Part shown: positions 23,061 to 34,163 of the stretch, piece after piece | How positions within the stretch are numbered: the stretch's first letter is position 1 | Layout: each line of letters begins with the position of its first letter | Translations under genes and position numbers: made by a program | From: Eledone cirrhosa | Lineage: Eukaryota | Direction: 5' to 3' | Assembly: GCA_964016885.1 (NCBI GenBank) | Contig: OZ024742.1 | Span: 14,942,001 to 15,006,000, forward strand | DNA length: 64,000 bases | The notes under the pieces: generated by a model | Told to the model about the DNA's origin: nothing | Databases searched by the model: none | Seen by the model: the letters and a program-made list of their open reading frames with translations, nothing else

Positions 23061-23434
23061 TGCTGGCGCCACAATAAACTGCATCCACAACACTCTGTAA
23101 GGGCTAATGCAGGTGTCACAATGAAATGCACCCACTAGACTCTGTAAAAGGAGGGAAGGGCGTCCAGCTGTAGAATCCATGCCAAAAATGAAACGTATTA
23201 GGTAGGTGTGGTTCTCTAACCCATCTAGTCATGGACTAAGACATGGAAAATAAATGTAAAATGATGATGATGATCATCATCAGCATCATCATCATTTTAT
23301 ATCTAATCTGCCATGCTGACATGAGTTGTACTGTTTATTACAAAGTCAGGACTCAACTGGAGCCAGTGTCCTCCTAGATGGGTTGAGGGGACCATGTCTC
23401 ACTCAATACTTTATTTAAGGTAGGGTACTTAATT

Positions 23435-24004
23435 GCAGCGGAGAAGGGTGTGCTGAGAGTATAATAGCTAGAATAAGGATAGGATGGAAGAAGTTTAGAG
23501 AGCTACTCCTACTGTTGACAACAAAAGGTTTCTTACTGCATACAAAAGGATGACTGCATGATGCCTGTGTGTGAAGCCTGATGCTGCATGGTAGTGAAAC
23601 ATGGGCTGTGATTGCAGCGGACATGCATAGACTGGATAGAAATGAAGCAACCATGCTTCGTTGGATGTGCAATGCAAGTGTGAGAGAAAGGCAGAGCTTG
23701 GAGAAGCTGGGTTTAAGAGGAATCTGAGGTGGTGTGCACAAGAGAAGACTGAGTTGGTATGGACATGTGATGCACATGGACAATGACCACTGAATGAAGA
23801 AATGCCAGGAAATCCTAGTGGAAGGAAGCTGAGGTAGAGCAAGAAAGACCTGGGCAGAGGTTGAGATAGTTGACTTGAAATCGCTAAGACTTGCAGAGGG
23901 ATGATGAAGGTACACGACAAGTGGAGAGATGCCATGCTGAGAAGGACCTATCCAACCCATGCAAGCGTGGAAAAGCAGATGTAAAAATGATGATGATGAT
24001 GATG
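23435..24004 (+). mobile_element. 5'-truncated, degraded copy of the RTE family
   Basis: Aligns by eye to 20095-20661 (ARIRIGWKKFRELLPLL, MLHGSETW); (ATG)n tail. Confidence 0.85.
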
Positions 24005-24138
24005 AATGGAGTAAGAGAAACATTAGAATGCTATACTAAGCGTTTTGGGTTTGCCTTCCATCTTAGACTTAATTAAATTGATTTTTAACCTCTTTACAAA
24101 TGTTGATGCTAATGTTGGAAATCATTCTTATTTTACAG

Positions 24139-24263
24139 TTCAGTTGTACATTGTATGCACTGGTGGCCTTCCATTCGGCAGACATTGCACCAGAGCCTGC
24201 TGCACGATGTTATGCTCCAACTACAAACATTCATACATTCCTTGGATGGTTGGATGGAATTCC
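24139..24263 (+). CDS. MED25: MED25 coding exon 3
   Basis: ttttacag|FSCTLYALVAFHSADIAPEPAARCYAPTTNIHTFLGWLDGI(P)|gtaagt; compare human YSLVVF..APES..APT..WLDGI. Confidence 0.92.
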
Positions 24264-25086
24264 GTAAGTTATTGTTTTCATCTAAAGTTTACTGCAAATT
24301 CTCATAGATTTATATGTATTAATATGCAGGGTTTCGGCTTTGCCATGCTACTTGGCAGCATGGCATGGACCTTAAGTGTAGAAGATATGTAGAGGCTAGA
24401 AAGAAATGAGGCATGCATGGCTTCACTGGATGACTAATGTGAACTGTGGATTGAGAACAAAGCTGAATATAAGAGGAATTGAATGTTGCATGCAGGAGAG
24501 ACCATAACATTAGCGTAGTTATGTGTAAGGAGAGTGAGAGTGAGAGTTGTGTTAACAAAAATGGTGAGCTTTTGAACCTGTGGAAGGGTGAGACCAAGGA
24601 AGACATGAGATGAAGTTGTGAAGGATGACCTCAAGAAAGTTCACAGCATGAAGGAGATGGCGCAAGATTGAGCTGACTGGCGATATGCTGTAATACAAAA
24701 GACCCCACTCATCAGCTCAAACACAGAATTTTAAAACCCCGAAATGATTTAACAGAAGATAAATATAAACTGATTATTTTATTCAAATGTGTGTAGTATC
24801 TTTTCTAGTGTCAGATCAGTCAACTAAAATAAAGACTTCAATTTTTATTGTGATGTAGTCATAGTGCTGTCTTGTACTTTTCACGAATCACCTACTAATG
24901 TGGTTTAATGTGGTACAGGATATTAAGAGTTACTCTATTACATGTTCTAGCCGACAGGCTGAAGCCATGCTGGGGCACTGCCATCGATGATTTTGTTTTC
25001 TCTTTCCTCTTCTCATCATATAAATTTCAGAATAAAATGAATTGGTATATTATATGAATTATAATTTTTTTATCCTCTTGTTTTAG

Positions 25087-25185
25087 ATTCATTGGTGGTG
25101 CCGGTGAAGGCAAAAGTCACATAGCAGAGGGTTTAAGTACTGCTATCCAAGTTTTCGATGATTTCAGTAAAAAGAGACATCCCAG
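25087..25185 (+). CDS. MED25: MED25 coding exon 4
   Basis: ttttag|[32 protein letters not shown]|gtttgt; compare [26 protein letters not shown]. Confidence 0.93.
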
Positions 25186-25529
25186 GTTTGTCTTATATAC
25201 ATTTTTGTTTTTCATTTGGATATGACAGTTCAGTTCTTGCAATATTTTCACATTCTGACAAAAACACATCCTATGGCTTTCATCTATGAGGCCTTAACTA
25301 TAGAGAAAGAAACTGAACCTACTGTTACTTGACCTGTTAAAAATAGCAGCTGAATTTCAGTTCATACACTATTGTTTCCAAAAAGAACGACCATGTTGGA
25401 TACACTGTTCTGAAAGAAAGAGGCTAAACAACCACAATGGCAGTAAAATAATTATGACATTGCCAGGAATGTGACATTGGTCTAACGGTGCCAGTGATCT
25501 TCAGTCTCTTATTATTGCTATTGACTCTA

Positions 25530-25662
25530 GGATGTCGATCCTTTTGTATGGGTGTGAGAGTTGGACTCCCATAGCTGACATGGAACAAAGAATGTAGTTA
25601 TTTGAGCACAGGTGCTTCAGAAGGTTGCTACATATCTCATATATGGAGCACAAAACAAACAG
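25530..25662 (+). mobile_element. Fragment of a second RTE-like family
   Basis: SILLYGCESWT..FEHRCFRRLLHISY.EHKTN, typical of the RTE post-RT region. Confidence 0.6.
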
Positions 25663-25665
25663 AAT

Positions 25666-25900
25666 GGCACCCTAACGACAGGCTGCACCAGTGGCACCCC
25701 AACGACTGGCAACAACAGTGACACATCTAGAGTGGCACCCCGATGACAGGCTGCACCAGTGACACATCTAGAGTGGCACCTCAAGACTGGCTGCTCTAGT
25801 GGCACCCCAAGACTGGCTGTACCAGTGGCACCCCAAGACTGGCTGTACCAGTGGCACCCCAAGACTGGCTGTACCAGTGACACCCCAAGACTGTCTGTAC
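25666..25900. repeat. 26-bp minisatellite GGCACCCCAAGACTGGCTGTACCAGT
   Basis: About four near-perfect units at 25801-25900, with degenerate units upstream. Confidence 0.85.
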
Positions 25901-26129
25901 CTGTTACAGGAACACAATGATGATGACTAGTGTTATATTATGTCTGAGCCACTTTACTTTCAGTAGGGTGTAATTTGAAGGCAACTCAACTGCTATTTCT
26001 ATCTGGTCAAGTAACAATATTGTTTAGGAAATATTTAAAAAACAATTGATTGTCTAAATATTTATTGTCTATATTATATATGTTTTACTTTAATTTTCTC
26101 ATATATATTTTTTCATTTTTTAATATTAG

Positions 26130-26250
26130 TATCAAACCACAGTGCCATTGTATATTAGTGACAAATTCTCCCCCATATCAAATACCAAGTTATCAAGTTA
26201 AGAACTATGCTGGTCATACTTGTGAAGATCTTGTCAAAATGATGTCTAAC
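26130..26250 (+). CDS. MED25: MED25 coding exon 5
   Basis: attag|(S)IKPQCHCILVTNSPPYQIPSYQVKNYAGHTCEDLVKMMSN|gtaagt; compare CLLICNSPPY. Confidence 0.92.
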
Positions 26251-26888
26251 GTAAGTTTTACTCGTTAGTTTCTCTCACATCCATATCATATTTTTCACCT
26301 AAATTTTATTATGCTAACTCTATTTTTCATCTTTTTGGAGTCCTTAAATTAACCCTTTTCTACCAAACCTGAAACAACACCTTCATATTTGTTTAAAAAC
26401 TTATCATAATTTTATGTATGAACCTTTGTTGAATTATACTCCAGTCATCAGTGTAATAATGAGAAAGGTATACTATTAAATACTTCCAAATTCTTAATTA
26501 TTTGCCACTGTTGGTCAATCAATGATAAATATTGAATGCCAGCTAAATTATTTATAAAAATATACTGAAGTGAAAACCAAACCAAACAGGGAGTGTGTTT
26601 TACTATTTTTGGCAATATTAGGACAACATGACCCTTCCCAAATATAACAATATGTATTAATGTTAATGTTTGTGAAAGTAGTGGTTTACTGGTATAATTT
26701 GTAGAGTGTCAGTTCAGCCTGACAATATTGTTTTGTATCTCTAATGTCCTCTGAACTATAAATCCAGACATGTTCTGAGAGTTGATTTAATTTAACCCTA
26801 TTCCACTCAATATCAATATTGAAAAATTTATCATGAAAGAAATCCATACTGCATATATATATATGTCTTTTTTTTATTTCATTTTCAG

Positions 26889-26954
26889 AAAGGAATCAAT
26901 TTCTCTATTATTTCCCCCAGAAAAATTCCATCTTTATTGAGGTTGTTTGAAGAG
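26889..26954 (+). CDS. MED25: MED25 coding exon 6
   Basis: tttcag|KGINFSIISPRKIPSLLRLFEE|gtttgt; compare [22 protein letters not shown]. Confidence 0.93.
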
Positions 26955-27073
26955 GTTTGTATATATTTAATTCTGTTTCTTCATGAAATTGATACTGTTT
27001 TCTTTATTTATTTCATATTTTCTCTTAATATTTTGTTAATCCTGTTTTTATATTTTCCTCTCCTATATTTCAG

Positions 27074-27164
27074 AGTAACATGGGCAGCAATGACCCACTA
27101 AATATGAAAGACTGTACAGTGGATCATCGACATCAAGTTTTACTTAAAGGTTATTCTTTACCAG
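27074..27164 (+). CDS. MED25: MED25 coding exon 7 (end of vWA domain)
   Basis: tttcag|SNMGSNDPLNMKDCTVDHRHQVLLKGYSLP G|gtagct; compare DPRHMVLVRG..LP. Confidence 0.88.
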
Positions 27165-27494
27165 GTAGCTACTATTATTTATTGTCAAGTATGGATTGGC
27201 TGATTTCACCATCATCACCATCACCATCATTTTACTCTAGATTAAATGGGCTGTTATGAATTGGGGATAGACATGTCAAGTGACCATATCTTGTTTGTAC
27301 ACCTTTTTGGCTTGATTTTCTATGGCTGGATGCCCTTCCTTATGCCAACCACTTTACAACATGTACTGGAAGTATTTTATCCTGCCTAAGAAACTAACAC
27401 CTTACAGAGTGGACTGGGAGCTTTTTGTTGTGACACCTACATGACCACTTTACAGTTTGGGCTGGGTCTTTTTGTTTGTGGAAAACCAGCAGTC

Positions 27495-27650
27495 ACCCAT
27501 CCACACCAGTCTCCCCTCTCCACGCCACTGATGTTGTCCAAAGGAAAGGCAATGGCCAATACAGTTTAGCACCAGTGACATTGCAACTCATTTCTACAGC
27601 TGAGTAAACTGGAGCAACATGAAATAAAGTGTCTTGCTCAAGGACACAAG
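27495..27650 (-). mobile_element. SINE fragment (same body as 29731-29875)
   Basis: Contains the reverse complement of TTGAGCAAGACACTTTATTTCAYGTTGCTCCAGTTTACTCAGCTGTAGAAATGAG. Confidence 0.7.
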
Positions 27651-27709
27651 GCATCACCCTTCATTACAAAATATAATACATTCATAAACAATGGTAATAT
27701 ATATTGATG

Positions 27710-27895
27710 GCATTTGAGACAGAGGATGGAATTTTTACCTACGCCTTTCTTGCACACTGAGCCAAGTCATTTCCCTGGGGGGATCCGGGCCCTGTTTTCC
27801 CTTCTACTTACTAGGACCTTAACCTTTGTCAGGTTGTTTTTAAGACCCTTTGATTCTAGATCATGCTTCAAGATTTGGAATTTCTTTTCTAACGT
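27710..27895 (-). mobile_element. RTE fragment (RT end and PHD start)
   Basis: Reverse strand reads LEKKFQILKHDLESKGL..NLTKVKVLVSR..VCKKGVGKNSILCLKC, homologous to 19720-19905. Confidence 0.75.
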
Positions 27896-28751
27896 TTCAA
27901 ATATTCCATTCCAGAACAATCAAACAGCCCAAGTTTAGAAGAAGAGCGGCAAATTATCGACATGTTACGAATGAAACTTTGTGAGTTACTTATGACTTCT
28001 ATAAATTGTATTGGATTATTTCTGAATTGTTGCTTTATTTGGTTTTAGGTTGCAGTGGTATTTGGTATATTAACTTTTAAACGTCCTGTACTGCATGAAA
28101 CTACACTAGCAAAACATTCTTCAAAAGTACAAAACAGCACTGTGACTGCATCACATTAGAAATTAAAGCCTTTACTTTATTGCAAATTCTCAAAATGATC
28201 TGTCCTCTAGTAAAGATACTATAAACATTTGAATTAACAAACCCACTTTAAAATATTTTCTTTTAAATATTTGCAGGATGTTAAGAGTTAAACAAAGGGT
28301 AAATAATATATATTGCCTGCATATGAAGTGTGATGTTGCGTGGTGGGGAAATGTAGTTTGTGAATGAGGAGGGTGTTTGAATGTGAGAAAGAAATGAGGG
28401 TTTAGCTGGATGTGTAATGTGATTGTGGTTTTGATATCCAATTCTTCCAGACATTTTAAAATTCAATCTTTTGAGGTTAGCTAACTTCACTGGATGTGTA
28501 ATATGAGTGCCCAGATGAAACACAGATGATTTAAAGGAAAAATGGAATATAAGTAGAATCAGATGTAGTGTGCAAGAGAGATGATTGTGTTGGTAGAGGA
28601 ATGTAATGCATATGGATGATGATTGTTGACTGAAGAAGTTCCAAGAGTTTCTAGCAGGAGGAAACTGAAAAAGAGGAAGACTGGGGCGACTACAATCTAA
28701 TCGACCTCCTAATTGCTGACCTTGTGCCATAATTAGAAATAATTAATTACA

Positions 28752-29005
28752 CAGATGGTATGGACATGTGATGCGCATGGAGGATGACCACTGGGTAAAG
28801 AAGTGCCAAGAAATTCCAGTAGAAGGAAGACGCAGTAGAGGAAGACCATGAAAAACATGGGCGGAGGTGGTGAGAGCAAACCTCAGATCGCTGAAACTCA
28901 CGGAGGAGATGACGAAGGACCGTGATGGGTGGAGAGATGCTGTGCTGAATAGGACCCATCCCACCCTTGCAAGCAGGGAAAAGCAGACGTAAAATGATGA
29001 TGATG
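28752..29005 (+). mobile_element. Short 3' copy of the RTE family
   Basis: Highly similar to 20401-20661; (ATG)n tail. Confidence 0.88.
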
Positions 29006-29071
29006 ACAGCCTTTTCTTTTTGTTTTGTGATTCCTCAATTTTCATTTTCTATTTTTCCTTTTTTTTTTTAG

Positions 29072-29457
29072 CTGTAGCCTTGCCAGGGACCCAACAGCCA
29101 CCACAGCCCATTCCTACTGGTGCACCCATTGGCCCTGGCCAACAAGTGATGCCTAATCAACCAAACCACATGACAGTTCAACAAGCCCCTCCACAGCAAC
29201 AGCAACAGCCGTCTATCCGAGGCAAAAATAGCATGAATCAGAAAGTTGTTCATGGTATTGGTCCTCGTGGAGGGACTGGAGCCCCTGGTCCACAAATGCC
29301 AATGACTCCACCACAAGTCATGCAACAGCCCAATATGTCTCCACAGAATATGCCACCAGTAGCATCTCAGCAGCCTCCACCACCCTCTGGCCATCATATG
29401 ATGCCACAGGTTATGGCACAACAGATGCCAAATACAGTTACAACACGTGTCATGCCT
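29072..29457 (+). CDS. MED25: MED25 coding exon 8 (P/Q/M-rich linker)
   Basis: Long pyrimidine tract and ag|; phase 1 matches exon 7; open frame AVALPGTQQPP..TTRVMP|gtaagt, phase 0. Alternative AG 6 nt downstream. Confidence 0.85.
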
Positions 29458-29480
29458 GTAAGTATTATTATTTCCTTCAA

Positions 29481-29676
29481 GGGCGGTGGATTGGCAGTAT
29501 TGGTAGAGAGTCGGACGCCATGCTTTGACGCATAGAGTTACGGCCCTTGCTATTCTGAGTTCAAGTCCCGCCGAGGTTAACTTTGCCTTTCATCCTTACG
29601 GGGTCGATAAAATAAAGTACCAGTAATACACTGGGTAATTGCTGGCCTTGTGCATAACGTAAAAACAATTATTATT
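29481..29676 (+). mobile_element. tRNA-derived SINE
   Basis: A-box-like TGGCAGTATTGG, B-box GAGTTCAAGTCC, body ACTTTGCCTTTCATCC..GGTCGATAAAATAAAGTACCAG; reverse partial copy at ~31060-31130. Confidence 0.75.
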
Positions 29677-29730
29677 TCCTTCATTTTTATTTTTGGACTT
29701 TAACTCTTTTGCATTTGTTTCAATTCCTAG

Positions 29731-29875
29731 TGAAGGCACATGGCTTAGTGGTTAGAGCATTGGGCTTGCAATCAAGAGGTTGTGAGTTCAATTCTCGGAA
29801 CCAGGTGATGTGTTGTTTTCTTGAGCAAGACACTTTATTTCACGTTGCTCCAGTTTACTCAGCTGTAGAAATGAG
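29731..29875 (+). mobile_element. tRNA-headed SINE, second family
   Basis: TGGCTTAGTGGTTAG (A box), GAGTTCAATTC (B box); body shared with 27495-27650 and 32740-33010. Confidence 0.75.
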
Positions 29876-30041
29876 GTGATAGGACTGGGGTCCCTATCAT
29901 TAAATCACCCAAGACACCTCCAACGAGATATACCTTGGAGGAGGCCAGCTAAACCTGCATAGGTGTGAGCTGTCACACACACACACACATAGGTGTGAGC
30001 TGTCACACACACACACAATTCCTAGTACCATTCCCTATTAA

Positions 30042-30234
30042 CCCTTTAACATTTAAACTGACCAGAATTCTCTCACCTCTTTCTGTTCAAACCAGCTGTA
30101 ACCAGCTGCTCATACTTATGTTAGGGTATTGTTCTCAAAATAAATATCAAAATCTCATACATTCGATATTGTGTGAGATAAAGCCTTTCCCATGAAAATA
30201 TTAGTAAATATAGAATAATGTAAATGTTAAAGGG
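30042..30234. mobile_element. piggyBac-type MITE (193 bp)
   Basis: Perfect 14-bp TIRs CCCTTTAACATTTA / TAAATGTTAAAGGG, flanked by TTAA at 30038-30041 and 30235-30238. Confidence 0.8.
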
Positions 30235-30657
30235 TTAAGTGGTAGCGGTGGTGCCTCAAAAAAGCTCCCAATACATGGTGTAATGTGGTTGGTGTTAGAA
30301 AGTGAATCCAGCTGTAGAAAAGCTAAAAACATCTGTATAAGCAAGACATAGCCACATGACATGATCTGGCTTACCTCATAATATGACAACCTGTGTAACC
30401 CTTGCAAGTATGGAAAATAGATAGCGATGATGATGGTGGGGGTGGTGGTGATGATGATATATAAATCATCAGTGAATTTTCCAGTCCAGCCTTCTGTTAT
30501 TTGAAACTCAAGAGTAACTAATCCATTCATTGTTTAGTTTAGCAACCAAATAGTTATTTAATTGTCAAAGCTGTTTCTGGTTTTGTTGACACCATTTCTA
30601 TTTCAAACACTCATAGATATAAAAACTGATGATATTCTTTTTTATATTTTCTTTTAG

Positions 30658-30679
30658 TCTGAAGATCCCGCTATTATTG
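30658..30679 (+). CDS. MED25: MED25 coding exon 9, 22-nt micro-exon (SEDPAII)
   Basis: ttttcttttag|TCT GAA GAT CCC GCT ATT ATT G|gtgagt; converts phase 0 (exon 8) to phase 1 (exon 10) as required. Confidence 0.78.
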
Positions 30680-31188
30680 GTGAGTACCAATTTATATATA
30701 ACCTTTTTATATTTATCATTGTTGTGGTATAAGCATAGCCATTACATTCTTTTAATAGTTGTGTTTTACTCTGGACATTGTTTAGCTGGATCCATTCAGT
30801 GCTTTATGATTGCCTCAACTCGATTAGCAATTAGCACCTGCCATACGGCAGCTACAACTTTGATTCATATGTATGTGTTGCATGCTCCTGCAACTCCTGA
30901 GGGAGTCATTGGGGCGCCATAGTGAGATATAGCATTTCTAGGGTATTTTCTTTTAAACCTGGTAGAGCCCATCCCTCTCCAAATCTGAATATAGCAGATT
31001 TCTTTCAGAGAGGGATTGAGAGTGAGAGAATGGAAGTGAGAAAGAGATATAGAGGAAGAATTGACCCCAGTACTTGACTGGTACTTTTTTTATCGACCTG
31101 GAATGGATGAAAGGCAAAGTTGAACTCAAGAGAGCAGAGTGCCAAGCATTCTGTCTGACATTCTAATGACTATGCCAATTTGCCTATA

Positions 31189-31220
<32 letters not shown>

Positions 31221-31441
31221 CAGCCCACACTGTAAAGTGGTCGTGTAGGTGTCACGGCAAAAAAGCACCCAGTACACACAGTAAATGTGGTTGGCGTTAG
31301 GAAGGGCATCCAGCAGTAGAAAACCAGCCAGAAACAGTCCTATATGAGCGAGACACAGTCACCCGACCCAACTTGCCTCTAAATGGGACAAACCTGTCTA
31401 ACCCATGCTAGCTTTGAGGATGGGCGTTAAACGATGATGAT
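31221..31441 (+). mobile_element. Short bipartite RTE-derived non-autonomous element
   Basis: AAAAGCACCCAGT..GGCGTTAGGAAGGGCATCCA matches the RTE leader 17568-17625; ends AACCCATGCTAGC..GGCGTTAAACGATGATGA like the RTE tail. Degenerate relatives near 23100-23280, 27210-27365 (-), 30255-30460 and 32761-32886. Confidence 0.7.
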
Positions 31442-31680
31442 ATATATCAAGCTAATTCGATTGTTGAATAAAATTTGAAATTTAACATGAACATCTACAA
31501 ATAATGAAGAATGTTGACTTATATGAATATGAGAGATGTAGTGGGATAACGAGTAAGCTAACAGGAAGGGAACACTGTTTGTAGAGGATGAATAGGGGTA
31601 ACTGAGGGGAAGATGTTTTTATTTTGTTTTATTCTTTTAGATATTTTTCACACCATTGCTTCATCTGTTTCAACTTACAG

Positions 31681-32087
31681 CTCAACGGCAAGCTCTGGCT
31701 AATTCTCAAAACAGTATGATGGCTACTCGTCAGCAGTCACAACTAATGACTACAGCAGGCCTTGTTAACCAGTCTGGGGCCATGATGCCTGGCCAGCAAG
31801 TTATAGCATCAGCAAATACAGTTTTACCTGCCCAAATGTCCATGCCTCAGAACCCACAGATGCATCATGCACATGTTACTATGGTGAATTCACAACAACA
31901 GCTGCATCAACAAATGCATCAGAACTTTACAAACATGCCGACACCTGTTACTGCTTCACAGTTGCCACAGCAGCCACCACCACCGAACCAACAGCGCATG
32001 CATTATACTCCCGCTCAAATAAATTCTATCAAACATCAGCAACAACATCAGCAACAGCAACAACAGCAGCAACAGCAACAACAACAA

Positions 32088-32124
<37 letters not shown>

Positions 32125-32289
32125 AACAACAACAGAATAATCCCCAGCAACAGCCTACACCACCACAACCACCCCAAGTTTCTCAACCATCATCATCTCA
32201 ACCACAAGGACCAGCAAATGTTCAGCAGTCATTGATGGATGCAGCTGGTATGGGAAGCAAAGTGACCCGAGATAAGAAAATATGGTCTG
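31681..32289 (+). CDS. MED25: MED25 coding exon 10 (Q-rich, polyQ, first ACID residues KKIWS)
   Basis: cttacag|CT CAA CGG.. open frame to RDKKIWS G|gtaagt; joins the next exon as WSGTLEW (human AWSGVLEW). Confidence 0.88.
32049..32135 (+). repeat. Coding CAG/CAA repeat, 29 consecutive Gln
   Basis: Read directly from sequence, within exon 10. Confidence 0.92.
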
Positions 32290-32609
32290 GTAAGTTGGGG
32301 ATTGTTCTTAGCTAATGCACCATCATTGTCATCATTATATGTCCATGTTTGCATGGGTTGGAAAGAACTGCAACACATCATATCAACCTTTTGTTTTACT
32401 GCTTTGTCCTCTCATTTATCAGCTCATTTCTTCCTACATCTTATTTTCGCCCCAGCAGTAGATGACCCCCCCCCCTTTTATCTCCCAGAATTCATTGTTC
32501 ATTCATGTCATATATCTTATACTAGTGCAGCCACCTCCCCTCCACACTTTCACTGAGGAATTTAACCTTTTAGCATTTAAACTAGCCAGCCAGAATTTTG
32601 TCTAAAATC

Positions 32610-33010
32610 TGTCTCAAGCCAGGAAGCTTGTCAGGCTGGTGTTTATCCCAGTTTTGTGGCGTGAAACAACCGAGAGTACAAAACTCTCCCCTGGACAGGA
32701 CACCAGTTCATCTCAGAGCTAAACCCTCAGCTATTGCTGATATTCATTTATAGCTGAGTAGAAAACCTGCCAGATAGTCCTATACGAGCGAGACACGGTC
32801 ACCCCACCAATCTTGCCTCAAATGGGACAATTCCCATCTAACCCACGCTAGCGTGGAAGATAGACGTTAAATGATGATGATGATATACTTGAGCAGCATG
32901 AAATGAAGTGTTTTGTTCAAGAATACAACACACAACCCAGTCCAGGAATTGAACCCACAACATTATGATCATAAGTCAAACACTCTTACCATTAGGCAAT
33001 GCCCCTCCAC
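32610..33010 (-). mobile_element. tRNA-headed SINE interrupted by an RTE-derived insert (32761-32886)
   Basis: CATTTATAGCTGAGTAG | insert ending GATGATGAT | ACTTGAGCAGCATGAAATGAAGTG..GGAATTGAACCC rejoins as the SINE body plus tRNA head. Left boundary approximate. Confidence 0.65.
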
Positions 33011-33079
33011 AAGGTGAGGTAAATTTAGTGAAAAGTGGGTAAGTGAGGAGAGTTAGACTTAGCTTTCAGTTTAGCTTGG

Positions 33080-33277
33080 GACTGGGTGAGTAATGAGAGG
33101 ACTGAGTAACGAGAGGACTGGGTCAATAACGAGAGGACTGGGTGAGTAATGAGAGGTCTGGGTGAGTAACGAGAGGACTGGGTGAGTAATGAGAGGTCTG
33201 GGTGAGTAATGAGAGGTCTGGGTGAGTAATGAGAGGTCTGGGTGAGTAACGAGAGGACTGGGTGAGTAATGAGAGGT
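33080..33277. repeat. 20-bp minisatellite CTGGGTGAGTAAYGAGAGGW (~10 units)
   Basis: Read directly from sequence. Confidence 0.92.
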
Positions 33278-33650
33278 GACATGTGCCTAGATCAGAGGCT
33301 GGTTGTCATTGTGGTTGTCCAATTCTTCCAGAATGTATGGATGTTGATCATGAGTTAAGAAGTGGTGAAAGCTCCAAATAAAAAGAAGGTAACAGCAGAA
33401 GAAGAAAAGGAAAACTTGGAAGTGTTAAGAACTGGTATTAAGATGAACCTCACAAGGAGATGTTAAAGGTAGAGGAAAAATGTTTTGGAGAAGACTTGGA
33501 AAGGTGGAGGTAAAAATTATGATGGTGATGGTAATTATGTTTCATCTCCATCTGTTTCTATTTTAATGTTTTTTTTATATATTTGAGTTTATTTTTATTC
33601 TGGACCTCTCCTCCCCCCAAGAAAAATCTAAATTTTCATGTGTTTTCCAG

Positions 33651-33753
33651 GAACCTTAGAATGGCCTGAAATGCCAAAACAAGGAACCAGTGCCACTAAA
33701 GCCACCCATTCTCTTCAATGCAACATGACAGTTAGTGCTGGAGAACAAGACAT
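33651..33753 (+). CDS. MED25: MED25 coding exon 11 (ACID/PTOV domain, N-terminal part); gene continues beyond the window
   Basis: tttccag|(G)TLEWPEMPKQGTSATKATHSLQCNMTVSAGEQD AT|gtatgt; compare GVLEWQEKPK..TKLTRSLPCQVYV..GE. Confidence 0.88.
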
Positions 33754-34163
33754 GTATGTATTTCTTTTACTGACTTTAACCATTAATACTATGGGGCTTC
33801 ACTTTCAAGGGATTTAGTAGATTATACCAACCACATACACATTATTGATCAGGTACTCCACTGATGGTGGTGATGGTGCCTATAAATCTTGGCGTGTAGC
33901 CTCCTCAGCTGTCCTCAATCAGCTTTGCTTCAGTAAACCTATATAGGTAACCCATTGACCACGTAGGAGGATCAAGTTTCTTGCATCTTTCCCACTGCAT
34001 GTTTCTGTTTCCTAATTTAGTGTGATTTAGACCCCAATTACCCTCTAACATTCTGTAATTTACTATGAGATGGTAGAGGGGCTACTGCTATCCACTAGTG
34101 GTCACTGTAGGAACAAGCAAAGTAGCTACTAGAAACTAATTCAGTCAATGAAACTCAGTTTCA

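Noticed and set aside
29731-29805. tRNA gene
   Set aside because: A and B boxes are present, but the cloverleaf is imperfect and runs into a repeated SINE body.
29020-32315. ORFs 29020-29535 and 31656-32315 as stand-alone genes
   Set aside because: They are MED25 internal exons; the ORF-track starts and stops lie in introns.
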